Source of the DNA: Naegleria gruberi
Lineage: Eukaryota
Length of the DNA stretch: 64,000 nt
Assembly (NCBI GenBank): GCA_000004985.1
Contig: GG738876.1
Reading direction: 5' to 3' (one strand)
Below the pieces are notes generated by a model. It was not told where the DNA came from, searched no databases, and was given only the letters and a program-made list of their open reading frames with translations. This document shows positions 1 through 10,682 of the stretch, piece by piece. Position numbers and translations under genes: made by a program. How positions within the stretch are numbered: the stretch's first letter is position 1; the number at the start of each line of letters is the position of its first letter.

Positions 1-2796
1 AAACTTTCCAGTTCCAGCTATTGTTCGAATTATACCACTATTATCAACTAATCTTATTCGATTCGTATTCGATTCGGATATTACCAGTTCATTATTGGAT
101 GTTTTAACCATTTTAGCTGGATAAACATTAGCATTATAAACACTCATTCCATCACCAATTCCTCCAACTGGGGTTAACAATAGAGTGTCCAACTTTCGTA
201 TATTATTATTCTCTGTAAAGAAGAAACTTCCATCACTTACTATTGAGCAAACACCAAATGGAAATCCAATAGTATTGCCATCATCATTAGAAACCTTTGA
301 ATAAATGAATCCAGTCCGTGAAACAAAACGAATCCTATTATTATACGAATCTGCAATTAAAAAACCATTGGAATGAACTGTTATCGATGTTGGATTGAAT
401 AATTTGGCTGTTTTAGCCGTAATTCCATCTCCATTATATCCTGCCACAGTTGTCCCAGCCAAAGTACTAATTGTTCCTTCAGGAATCAAAAAACCTTGAG
501 AATCTTGTTTCACATTTTGATATTTCACCTGGAGAATTCGATGATTTGATGAATCTATATGAAAAAAAATTGAACAAATTAGAATTGAATGAGACTTGAA
601 TGAAATAACATACCAGCAATGTAAATATCATAAAAAAAGAATCCATTTCGTATAACTTCAATTCCAGAAGGTGAATTGAGCTCTGTTTGTCTTGGATTAT
701 TTTCCACAATGGTAGAACCTGACGAACCCAATCCAACAAGTGTAGAAACTGTGGATGCATTGGTGTAGGGCACAATTCTAACTCTATGATTAAGGGTATC
801 AGATATCAAGATTCCAATTCTTTTACTTGTAGCATACTGTGGAGAATTCAAATGAGTATTAAGGGGATGAAGAGAATCTCCATTGAATCCAGCAATTCCA
901 GTTCCTACTATAGTGTTGATTATTCCATCTTTCGTAATTTTTCTAATTCTATGATTTCCAGTATCTGCTATCAATAGAAAATCATCAGATTTATCATAGT
1001 AAACAGAATAGGGTCTATTTAATTGAGCATGGATTGCTAAATTACCATCTCCTCCATAACCTGGCTCTCCTGTTCCAGCTACCAATTGAACCTGCAAAGT
1101 AGATGGATTATATTCTAATATTCTATGATTATCAGTGTCTGTTTGACATTTTTGAATTGCAAGGAACACATGTGAAAGACTTACCTGCAATGTATATTTG
1201 AGTAAAATCTGTAGAGCAGTGAATACCCATTGGATTATTAAGAATGATTCTGGAAGCATTCGTATTGGCGAATAGTCTGTCAGAAGTTATGGAACCTGCA
1301 TACATGCAATTGTTTCCGTTGGTATTTAACGAAAATTGTTGTAAATTAAACTTTAGTCCCACATTGCTTGCCACGAGGAGTTTTTCATTATTAAGAATTA
1401 GACCACTTGGGTTTTCTATTGTGGAAATTACATTTGTGGAGGCACCAGGAACAGTACATGATTCGTTCGAAATCTTATTAGAAAGTGAATATTTCACAAC
1501 TTGGTTTGTATCAATATTCAATACATTAATTTTCAATTTCTTGGTCAAATCATCTGCAATGTACAATAATCTACTTGTTTCATTGAGAGTCATTGCAGAA
1601 ATTGAATTAAATCTCATAAATTTTCCATCAATAAAATCAGAAAAAGATCCATATTCACAATCGTATAAACGAGTGAGCTCTCCACTCACCAAATCCACTC
1701 TACCAATCATACAAATGTCATTCACATAATTTCCAGAGAATAAATTAACATCAGTACTGACATACTGAGCCAAATTCACAAATGATGAAATAATTCCATC
1801 CTTAATTTTCAACAATTGACTGCCAAGTGAAACCAAAATCGTTCCATCACTTGTTACTGAAATTCCAGCTGCATCATTCAAGGAAGCATTAATTGCTAGT
1901 CCATTCACTTGATACTGAGTTCCTCCCTTAAATTCTCTTCCACTAATAACTGTCAACCAACCACTTTTCATTTCAATTTTAAAAGTGGAAAATGAATCAA
2001 TCACAAAAAGGTAATTCTCCATTCCAACAATTTTCTTTGGACTACTCAAAACTGTTTCATTGGCAAAACCATCTAATTTAGTTTGAGTTACTAAACCATC
2101 ACTACCAGCAAATGTTGAAATTATTCCATCCAAGCCAATTCTTCTAATTCTATAATCTGTATAATCACAAACAAAGACAATTCCATTTTGGTCAACCCAC
2201 AAGGAATTAATCGAAAGAAACCTAGCTTTCGTAGCTAATCCTCCATCCCCTCTCTCTAATGCTCCAAAATATCCTGCAAAAACACTGACTAATCCATCAT
2301 TGTCAATTTTAATAATTTGCTTGAATCCAGAAACATAAATCGTCTTGTTTCCACTTGTCAAATCTTCCAAAACATAAAAATAGGAAAGTGGGTAGTAGAG
2401 ATTGGTTGCTTTGGTATCGTTTTTCTTCTCCAGACTGTCTGCAGTATCACACCTTTCGAATACAGAATCCTCACATCCCATGAGTGTAATAATTTCTCCA
2501 GTTTTCTGATTAAATTGAATGATTTTTACTGCAGTAGCAATGTAGAGGATAGCAGAGTTGATGAGAGACTGTTGACCTGAGCTGAAACTGTAATTATATT
2601 TGGGGCCACCTGCAATTATTTCTTGTTTAAATTCTAATGGAGCTTCTTCCGAGTTTCGAATAATGAAGAGTAGACAAGAAAACAGTAGAAGCAGTACTGC
2701 CATCGATGGCAGCTTTGTGTGTTTCCTACAGAAGCCGGATAAACATTTGAGCATATTTTTTCTTTTAAGCAAAGATATTCTTCTGTTGTCGGACAT
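1..2796 (-). CDS. NHL-repeat protein with N-terminal signal peptide/TM. The gene is 3'-partial and continues off the left edge. Exons are 2796(or ATG 2703)..1185, 1138..614 and 554..<1.
   Basis: Repeated 'DTxNHRI(R/L)' NHL motifs occur in the minus-strand ORFs 1132..2796 and 579..1259. An unlisted frame stays open from 554 to position 1 ('...TNRIRLVDNSGIIRTIAGTGKF'). Introns fit at 1184..1139 (GTAAGT...CAG, 46 nt) and 613..555 (GTATGT...TAG, 59 nt). Both are phase 1 and both fall right after 'IYIAG|D', which restores the NHL motif. The hydrophobic 'MAVLLLLFSCLLFII' looks like a signal peptide. Confidence 0.6.
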
Positions 2797-2936
2797 TTCT
2801 TTTAATTGGTCACTGTCGCCAAATATTCTGAAAACGGAACTAAAATAATTTCCAAAACCTTAAGGTTATGGAATTAATTAAAAAATTACATGTAATTAGT
2901 TTTAATTTGCTATCATTTTATTTACAAGTTCTTAAA

Positions 2937-4867
2937 TTAGTCGATATCCACATCTTCAAACTTTGGTTGAGCTGTGCTCGAAGTAGTTGGTCCACTGCCA
3001 CTAGAAGGGCCATAACCTCCTGGTGTTTGTTGTTGTTGAGCTTCTCCTTGATATAATTTGGTGATAATTGGAGCACATTTGTTTTCCAAATCCTTCTTTC
3101 TTCTTTCAATTTCGTCCTTTGAGGCCATGTTATTATTGTCAATCCAATTCATTGCTTCTTCACAGGCCTTCTTGATGACATTCTTGTCAGATTCTGAGAG
3201 TTTACCAGATAGATTTGGATCTTCTGTTGTTGATTTCATTTGGTAGGCGTAGGATTCGAATTGATTCTTGGAATCAATCTTTTCTCTCATTTCCTTATCT
3301 TCTTGTTCCATGTCTTTGGCCTTTCTCAACATTTCTTCAATTTCCTCCTTACTGAGACGACCCTTCTCATTGGTAATTGTAATGTTTTGAGTTTTACCAG
3401 ATGAAGTGTCCTTTGCTCCAACTTTCATGATACCATTAGAGTCAATTTCAAAGAAAACTTCAATCTTTGGTACGCCTCTTGGTGCAGGTGGAATTCCTTC
3501 CAAATTGAATTTACCCAACAAGTGATTATCCTTTGTTAATGTTCTCTCACCTTCAAAAACTTGAATAGTGACAGCTGTTTGATTATCAGAGTAGGTGGTA
3601 AACATTTCTGATTTCTTACATGGAATAGTTGTATTTCTCTCAATCAATTTAGCCATTACACCACCAGCAGTTTCAATACCCAAACTCAAAGGAGTCACAT
3701 CAATCAAAAGTACCTTAGTTTCCTTACCAGTCAAAACACCAGCTTGAACAGCAGCACCATAAGCAACAGCTTCATCAGGATTGATGGACTTACAGAGCTC
3801 CTTACCATTGAAGAATTCCTTAAGCATTTCTTGAACCTTTGGAATACGAGTTGAACCACCGACCAAGACAACATCATCAATTTGTGCCTTGTCCAAACCA
3901 GAATCTTGGAGAACCTTCTTAACTGGTTCGAAACAATTTCTGAACATATCCATATTCAATTGTTCGAATTTGGCTCTAGTCATTGGAATGTCCAAGTCAA
4001 TTCCATCAACAATTGAATCAACATTGATAGTTGAAGTGGAGGCAGATGACAAGTTTCTCTTTGTTCTTTCACAAGCAGTTCTCAATCTTCTCAAAGCTCT
4101 TGGATTATCATGAACGTCTCTTCTATACTTTCTCTTGAATTCTGTACAGCAGTATTCCACCATTCTTGAATCGAAATCTTCACCACCCAAGTGAGTATCA
4201 CCAGCAGTAGCTTTCACCTCAAAAACACCATCTTCAATATTTAGGATTGATACATCAAATGTACCACCACCCAAATCGAAAATCAAAACATACTTCTCAT
4301 CCTTCTTATTTAACCCATAGGCAATTGCAGCAGCTGTTGGTTCATTGATAATTCTCAAAACTTCTAGACCTGCAATTTGACCTGCATCCTTAGTGGCTTG
4401 TCTTTGAGAATCGTTAAAGTAAGCTGGAACAGTGACAACTGCCTTTTGGACCTTCTTTCCAACGTATTGTTCTGCAATATCTTTCATTTTGGTCAAGACC
4501 ATGGATGAGATTTGTTCTGGTGTGAAAATATGAGATTCTCCCTTGTACTCAACTGAATATATGGTTTATCATCTCCTTTGGTAATTACTTTGAAAGGCCA
4601 ATGCTTAATATCATTCTGAACACTTGTATCACTGAATTTTCTACCAATCAGACGTTTAGCATCAAACACTGTATTATGAGGATTCATTGCAACTTGATTT
4701 TTGGCAGCATCACCAATCAAACGTTCATCATCGGTGAATGCAACATAGGAGGGTGTAGTTCTATTACCTTGATCATTGGGTATAATCTCTACATTATCTC
4801 CCATATAAACACCAACACATGAATAAGTAGTACCCAAGTCAATTCCAATTGCTCCGTCAAATGACAT
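2937..4867 (-). CDS. Cytosolic Hsp70 (SSA/HSPA8-type), intronless. A single-nucleotide deletion near 4552/4553 splits the reading frame, so this is either a pseudogene or a sequencing indel.
   Basis: The N-terminal ORF 4493..4867 ('[20 protein letters not shown]...KPYIQ') and the C-terminal ORF 2937..4502 ('...[12 protein letters not shown]...[11 protein letters not shown]...PKFEDVDID') are the two halves of one Hsp70. The minus strand reads 'att cag ttg agt aca agg', where Hsp70 expects 'att cag Gtt gag tac aag' ([27 protein letters not shown]). The second frame encodes the expected sequence exactly. The frameshift alone already gives the stop at 4493..4495, and the shifted frame encodes a perfect Hsp70 continuation. 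Confidence 0.9.
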
Positions 4868-4954
4868 TTTGTTTCAATTTTTTTGATCTTTAAATTGCAA
4901 CCACCTTAACATTGTGTGAATATTTAAAGAAAAGAGCCAAAACTATTGTTAGAT

Positions 4955-4980
4955 TTCGGAATTAAGCTTTTGATTCCGAA
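4955..4980. promoter_or_regulatory. Palindrome TTCGGAAT-N10-ATTCCGAA about 90-110 bp upstream of the hsp70 ATG. It is a candidate stress or transcription-factor site and only loosely resembles a heat-shock element (HSE).
   Basis: A perfect 8-bp inverted repeat contains GAA/TTC units and lies in the hsp70 5' flank. A two-unit nTTCnnGAAn also occurs at ~5203..5214. Neither has three contiguous units. Confidence 0.25.
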
Positions 4981-5283
4981 CTTTAAATTCCTCAACCAGC
5001 AACCCTATTCTTTCCAATTATAGAAAATTTCTTTTTCTATTATTCATAAGATAATTTCATTCCGATTGTTCAACCTCAATAAGCATCTTTTTCATTCCGA
5101 TGCCATCACAGCAATATGCACCTTGATGAAAATCATCAAAACAATTTTCTTCGTTCCCTTTCAAATAACAAATCAATTTGAAATCTATCAAAGGTGTCTT
5201 CCATTTTCTTGAATGTGTTGCCTTTCTATTTTTATCATTTCCCTCCTTTTCGAAAAACCAATTTGAAAAAAAACGTCAACACA

Positions 5284-5724
5284 ATGCCTCCTTCCAGTTC
5301 ACCTTCGACCAATCAGCACCCTCAGAAAGTTCTTGCATTGCAAGAATTGGATACAACAACAAACTCTGTTTCATCTTCTTCTTCGGGTGGTGTAAAGACG
5401 AGTGGTAGTAGCACTCCTACAACATCAAATAATAAGAATACATCAACATCCGATCAAAAAGTTCCAACACCATCCAAAAAGAATGCAAAGCAACAACAGC
5501 CTCCACAACCTGCCTCCAAAAAGACTATTTCCCTCAAAACTAAAATTGCATTCAGGTTTGGTACGTTTAGCAAGGTACCAATCTTGTCGAGTATTGTCAG
5601 ATCAAATCCTGTACTTGTCAAACTTATCAATCCAAAGACATACAATAGAATCAAGATCAAGACTATTAGAAAGGATAACAAGACTATTATTGTTATCAGT
5701 AAGAGAAAGTTATTCAAGCCTTAA
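5284..5724 (+). CDS. Hypothetical Ser/Thr/Lys-rich small protein. The start is uncertain; the track ORF begins at 5194.
   Basis: ORF 5194..5724 has an internal ATG at 5284 ('MPPSSSPSTNQ...'). It is low-complexity and has a basic C-terminus. I find no recognisable domain. Its stop overlaps the stop of the convergent gene by 4 nt. Confidence 0.3.
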   Translation: MPPSSSPSTNQHPQKVLALQELDTTTNSVSSSSSGGVKTSGSSTPTTSNNKNTSTSDQKVPTPSKKNAKQQQPPQPASKKTISLKTKIAFRFGTFSKVPILSSIVRSNPVLVKLINPKTYNRIKIKTIRKDNKTIIVISKRKLFKP

Positions 5725-6815
5725 GTATCCACTGTAATTCTTTTCAAATGAGGAAAGTTGTTAATAAGGCTCTTCTTCACTTCGAATAGAATATCATTAT
5801 GACTAATATCGAGTGTTGTCAAGTTTGATAATTTGAATAGAGGCATTGGAAGTTTGATATTCCAATCCAATTCATTGCATCTAATATTTAGAAAGGTTAA
5901 ATTGCCAAGATTATTACTATTGGCAATATGTTTCAGTGAATCATTTCCAATAGAATTATATTCCAAATGTAAATTCCTCAAATTACTCATTAACTTGCTA
6001 TCCACAATTGACTTGACTCCATTTGAACCAATATTATTATGACTCAAATCCAGAAAAGTCAATCCATTAAGAATTTTAGCTTCTGAAATGAATTTGGCAC
6101 CTTTACAATCAATTCTATTGCAAGATAAATTGAGATGAGTTATGTGAGATAATTTTCCATCCACAAGATATTTGAGACCCTCACTCTCAATATGATTATA
6201 CTTTAGCAGAAGGGTCTGAACAGAGACAAGTCCATCACTGCTCATCAGAGCTTTCATTCCCTCAATTCCCAACATGTTATGATTCAAATCCAAATACGTG
6301 AGTTTATCAAATGATCCTCCAGATAATAATTTTGCACCCTTCTCCTCAATTTGATTTCCACCCAATTTCAAACTATTTAATTGTTTTGCCAATCGACTCA
6401 TACTAATACTCTCAATAATATTGTCATCAATTTTCTCAAAATACAACCGATAGAAATCTGATAAATTCAATTCATTCAAACTGTCCCAAGTATCGTTATC
6501 ATCATCATTCCGAAATATTTCCATCAATTGTTTGTTTACTTCTTCGGGTTGATTTTTAGAGAAGAAACACAGCTTTTCAATATATTTAAATTTCCCCAAT
6601 TTACAACATGAAACAAAAGATTCCAAATCATCATCACATGATACAATACTCGTTCTTGTCCGCATTACTAACTGATTCCAATATTTGCAAACCAAAGATA
6701 AGCTTGCAAATAATTCCTTCCCATCCAAATATCGGAATATATGAATAGTAAATAATTCAGAGGGCAAGTGATGTATCGTTGAGAGTTGTTGATCGTAATG
6801 AATGAAAACTACCAT
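5721..6815 (-). CDS. F-box-like / RNI-type leucine-rich-repeat protein.
   Basis: ATG at 6815. The N-terminal 'LPSELFTIHIFRYLDGKELFASLSLVCKYWNQLV' is F-box-like. Repeated 'L..LDLS.N.IG..G.K.L' LRR units follow (NLRC/RNI-like). The ORF is continuous at 364 aa. Confidence 0.6.
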   Translation of the reverse strand: MVVFIHYDQQLSTIHHLPSELFTIHIFRYLDGKELFASLSLVCKYWNQLVMRTRTSIVSCDDDLESFVSCCKLGKFKYIEKLCFFSKNQPEEVNKQLMEIFRNDDDNDTWDSLNELNLSDFYRLYFEKIDDNIIESISMSRLAKQLNSLKLGGNQIEEKGAKLLSGGSFDKLTYLDLNHNMLGIEGMKALMSSDGLVSVQTLLLKYNHIESEGLKYLVDGKLSHITHLNLSCNRIDCKGAKFISEAKILNGLTFLDLSHNNIGSNGVKSIVDSKLMSNLRNLHLEYNSIGNDSLKHIANSNNLGNLTFLNIRCNELDWNIKLPMPLFKLSNLTTLDISHNDILFEVKKSLINNFPHLKRITVDT

Positions 6816-7111
6816 GATGATGACACTGCTGTTTTGTTATTTGTATTTTTTTTGATTGGATTTCAATTCGGAATTGTATTATTAAATGAGCTTGTCAACT
6901 AATAGTAAGCAATTTTGGTATTAATTCTTTTACAATATTCGTAAATCAATAATTAGAAATAAGAAAAATATCACACGAGATCTACTAATTCATCAAGTTC
7001 TTTAAGAAATCCCAACAAGTTCTCATCCTAAAAACACGTTTTTGATTACAATTAATATTATTACAAATAAAGGCCTTAATAAAATAATTTAAAAATAATA
7101 TCTAAAAAAAA

Positions 7112-7969
7112 ATGGCAACAATTCAACAAGAACGTGAAATGATGTCGGTTGCTTCTCCTTCCGATGATCATCACAATAGTGCGGATGATGAGCAACAGGA
7201 ATTACCTTCACAACAAAATAATTATACAAATAATAATATTAACAAGGAAAATGTTGATTTGGAATCACAATTAGAACCATTGAAGGGTCCTGGTTTTTAT
7301 CCACAACAAGAAATTAATTGGCAAGCTATTGGAAACTTTTCGGGTATTGAACATCAAGTGAGACACAAGTTGAGAAGTATTTATTTAATTTTGGCTGGTA
7401 CAGTTTTGATGAGTACGTTGGGATCTGGTTTGGCAGTTTATTTCAGATTAGAACCATCTCTTCTTTATACAATTGTTGCTTTCGGATTTATGATTTATGT
7501 GGCAGTTACGAGCTCTTTGGCTGGATTGTTATTATTTGGTTTGACTATTGGATTGGAAATTGGACCTGCAATCAGAATGATTATGGAAGAAATTGATCCA
7601 AACCTTCCAATATTTGCTCTTGGAGCAACTTGTGTAGTATTTGCATGTTTTTCAGTTTTTGCTCATTTTTCTAAACGTAGAAGCATGCTGTACTTGGGTG
7701 GTATTTTGTCAAGTTTCCTCTCAGTTTTAATGTGGACTCTTTTATTTAGTTTCGTATTTGGAAGTTTTGCACTGTATGATATTTTGTCAATTTATGGAGG
7801 ACTTTTCATGTTTTGTGGTTTCATTGTTTTTGACACACAGCTCATTATTGAAAGACTACATGCTGGTGACAATGACCTCGTTAAAATGAGTTATCAATTA
7901 TTCATTGATTTCATTGCAATCTTTTTGAGAATTCTCATCATTTTGGCTAAGAGAAAATCAAAGGATTAA
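7112..7969 (+). CDS. TMBIM / Bax-inhibitor-1 family membrane protein (Lifeguard/Bxi1-like).
   Basis: ATG in an A-run. Seven predicted TM helices. The C-terminal 'FxxDTQLIIERLHAGDND...YQLFIDFIAIFLRILIIL' is the BI-1/TMBIM signature. Confidence 0.75.
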   Translation: MATIQQEREMMSVASPSDDHHNSADDEQQELPSQQNNYTNNNINKENVDLESQLEPLKGPGFYPQQEINWQAIGNFSGIEHQVRHKLRSIYLILAGTVLMSTLGSGLAVYFRLEPSLLYTIVAFGFMIYVAVTSSLAGLLLFGLTIGLEIGPAIRMIMEEIDPNLPIFALGATCVVFACFSVFAHFSKRRSMLYLGGILSSFLSVLMWTLLFSFVFGSFALYDILSIYGGLFMFCGFIVFDTQLIIERLHAGDNDLVKMSYQLFIDFIAIFLRILIILAKRKSKD

Positions 7970-8482
7970 CCTGTAAATAACCCATTGTAAATAAACTCTA
8001 ACCTCTTCATTAATTCTCAGGCAGAGTCGTCTTTTCTTAGCAAATGAACATGTTAGTTGCACAAGGATAATTAATTGAGTTCTATTGCATTCTTATGAAT
8101 ATTTTTGAATATATGAGATTGTGTTGTTGGGTATTCAGTTGTTTGAATCTTTGGGAATGTAAGTGCCTTTTTTGTAACAAACGAGATTTGTAACCAGTGT
8201 TTCTAACAAACCTATCATAGGAGAAAATCTCTATTAATCCCTCTCAAAATAAAAAGCAACACAATTAAAACCTTGAAACATATGCACGACGACTCTAGTG
8301 CATACACTGGTATGCCGTGAGGTTTTCAAAGTTTAAAACTGGATACAAAATTGCACAAAAGAGCCAAATTAATAAATGCATTTTAATATTTATTTAACAA
8401 TTATTAATATTTAACTATTAAAACTGTCTAAACTTTATTCATCAATCCACACCAATAAGAAATTTTGATCCTAATAAAAATA

Positions 8483-9629
8483 ATGGCTTTTCATGGTCAT
8501 GTAATATTAATATTGGATGATAGTTTTACGGAGGGAATTTATTCAAGCTGGATGACTTGTTTTAATTCAATGAAAATTCAACATGCTATTAAATCCTTTC
8601 AAACAATAGCCTTGTTTGATTCGGAAGTTATAAAAGATGATCAAAATGTTGTTAATCTTCTTCCTCAACAAGGAATTGCAACTTGTGTGAAGTATGTACA
8701 AATAATATTAATAATAATTTTAATATTAATAATTGAAATCATTCATAAACAGACCCTATTATAATTGTTTGATATTTGAAAATCATATTAAGCCAATAAT
8801 TGAAAAAGTGGTGGATGGTTATGATGGATGCTTGGCTATTTTATGTAAAGGTATGTTTATTAGTGTGAGTTGTGGGAGATATTCTAATTGTATTAGGCGA
8901 TAGGAAACATAGGTTCTTGTATGTAATTAGCTCATTCACTTCCATTAATTCAAAAATAGAGGAGAAAATGACTTGGTATTTAAAAGTTTTGACTCTTTAA
9001 TTGAAATCTTGAAAAAGAGAAAAAAAGATTTTACACTAGGAATGGAATTGTATGCTATTTATGGAGATGAATTATATGATTCTTCTAAAAAATGGAATAG
9101 TTCTGATAGATTGATTAAAATAAGGGAATTTAGAGAAAATCCTGGCCACTTGAATTTATTGAATTGTGATAGAAAATCTGTAAACAATATTGAGGAAATT
9201 TGTAAGGAATTAGAGAATGCCTGTTTAAATAATCTAGCCTATATAACAGCATGTTCACTGACTAGCAGACGTTTAATATACGGATGTAGACTTTTTGTGG
9301 AACAGATAGAAGACAATTCTGTGAAAAAGAGCATGTTTGAAATATTTGATATACCAATTAGTGATCATCAAGAGGATAGACATTACATTAAATTACAAAG
9401 GTATCAAAAATGTCTCTGGGTTATTGCTCACACCATCGGGCGCAGGGAAAAAGAGAATATATCTTATATACCATACCGAGACTCAAAGCTTACCAGACTC
9501 ATGACGAACTACCTTGGTGGAAATTCATATTCAGCAATGATATTCGATAATTTTGAGGATATTAGGATTCTAAAGATGTTTGGTTCCATTAAAAACAATG
9601 CTTGCATCAACAAGAACTCTGATATTTGA
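8483..9629 (+). pseudogene. Kinesin motor-like gene with degenerate catalytic motifs. It is probably a pseudogene, or possibly a dead pseudokinesin.
   Basis: Pieces of a kinesin motor run in order. 'FDSEVIKDDQNVVNLLPQQGIATCVK' (8483..8692) corresponds to FD.VF..Q..V. 'PIIEKVVDGYDGCLAILCKG' (8790..8848) corresponds to vldGyN.cifAYG but has no GQTGSGKT P-loop after it. 'FTLGMELYAIYGDELYDS' corresponds to VSYLEIYNE..DLL. The SSRSH region has decayed to 'TSRRLIY' and DLAGSE to 'IAHTIG'. The neck motif 'IPYRDSKLTRLMTNYLGGNSYSAMI' is conserved. I could not find a GT/AG splice that joins the 8790..8848 exon in frame to the downstream ORF (frame stop at 8946..8948). Confidence 0.4.
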
Positions 9630-10682
9630 AATTTCCATTCTTTAAGAATTGTCTCAAAAGGAATATTAACTTGTCCTAGGATGTTTTTGAAGATCAATAA
9701 AAGAAAGAGGAAGAACAAGATTGAGGATGATCAGGAAGTTGATCAAGAGGATGAAGGTCAAGATGAGAAGATGAGTGAAGAGAACCAACAGCAGCAATAC
9801 GAGGGGAATCCTAAAAGAGGAACAATCCCGCAACTATGGAAACACGTTTAAGAGAGGAGGAAAAGGATGATCCTATTTATTCCGTTCCTAATCTGTTTTG
9901 TTATTCACCTACTCGGGAAGCTTAGATCGCTCCTTAACTGATTAGTAATTCGAATAGGTATTTGCTTATGCGACCTAAAATTGTTGCATAATTTTCTCTC
10001 AGCACTTGGATTAAGAGTTGTAAGGATTTTCCATTATTAACTGCAAGTTGAACTAATAATATAAATATAGTTAAATTGACTATTAGTTCTTTATTGAGGT
10101 TAGTGTTTTCTAATATCCATCAAGAGGAAGAGATTCCTTTGAGGAATTGTTACCGAAATTAAGGAAAACAATTCTTATTGTGCACTTTACAAGCAAACAG
10201 ATTAACAAAACAGAACTTTGCCCAAAACGTAGTTCATTACCAAATCCAATCCTCACCATTTTAGTACGTGAACATTAATCAACGGTACTACACTTGCCAA
10301 GTACACAGCAAGTAAGCAAGGCAAGCAATCGCTTCCTTCTTGTTTAACAGTTTGTATAAAAACTTATCAAGGTTTTCCTTAATGCCTTGCGTGAAAGAAG
10401 CAAACGTCTATTTAAAGTTCTTTTATGGTTTAATTCGGCCTTAATTGCTTGAATTTTAACAAGTCCAGCCATCAAAACACAAATAAGGTAAAGGTAATCA
10501 CATCATTACGATAGCAATAGCGATACAAAAAGAGCCAAACATTGGAGTGGGTTTGCCTTCGAATCATTTGGCATTTTCTAAGTGCTCTCACAAAAAGAAA
10601 CTCCTCACCATCACTACCTCAGTTTCCCTTCCTCAATACTACTACTACTGCTGGCACTACAATCAATATAATCAAAGGCCTC

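Noticed and set aside
1244-1729. Plus-strand ORFs (1244..1729, 2317..2580, 2600..2848) antisense to the NHL gene. Similar antisense ORFs occur elsewhere (18443..18793, 35368..35778, 45725..46120, 26712..27107).
   Set aside because: They are shadow ORFs on the opposite strand of well-supported genes. They are low-complexity, have no motifs and, where checked, begin at non-ATG codons.
4955-4980. Calling the hsp70 upstream palindrome a canonical heat-shock element.
   Set aside because: The GAA/TTC units are not in three contiguous 5-bp registers (TTCgGAA has 1-nt spacing). It is kept only as a candidate site.
9682-9852. 56-aa plus-strand ORF (MFLKINKRKRKNK...acidic...) just downstream of the kinesin-like gene, possibly a tail exon.
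   Set aside because: It is too short, low-complexity and lacks splice support. It could equally be chance in an intergenic region.
10542-10682. N-terminal 47-codon extension of the Zn2Cys6 gene, and similar extensions at 13007, 32169, 38166, 17810 and 46531.
   Set aside because: The track start codons at 10542, 13007, 32169, 38166 and 17810 are TTG or GTG. At 46531 the upstream codon is ATG, and the A-run rule favours 46501. The first ATG in the typical A-run context lies downstream, and the extensions would overlap neighbouring genes or stops.
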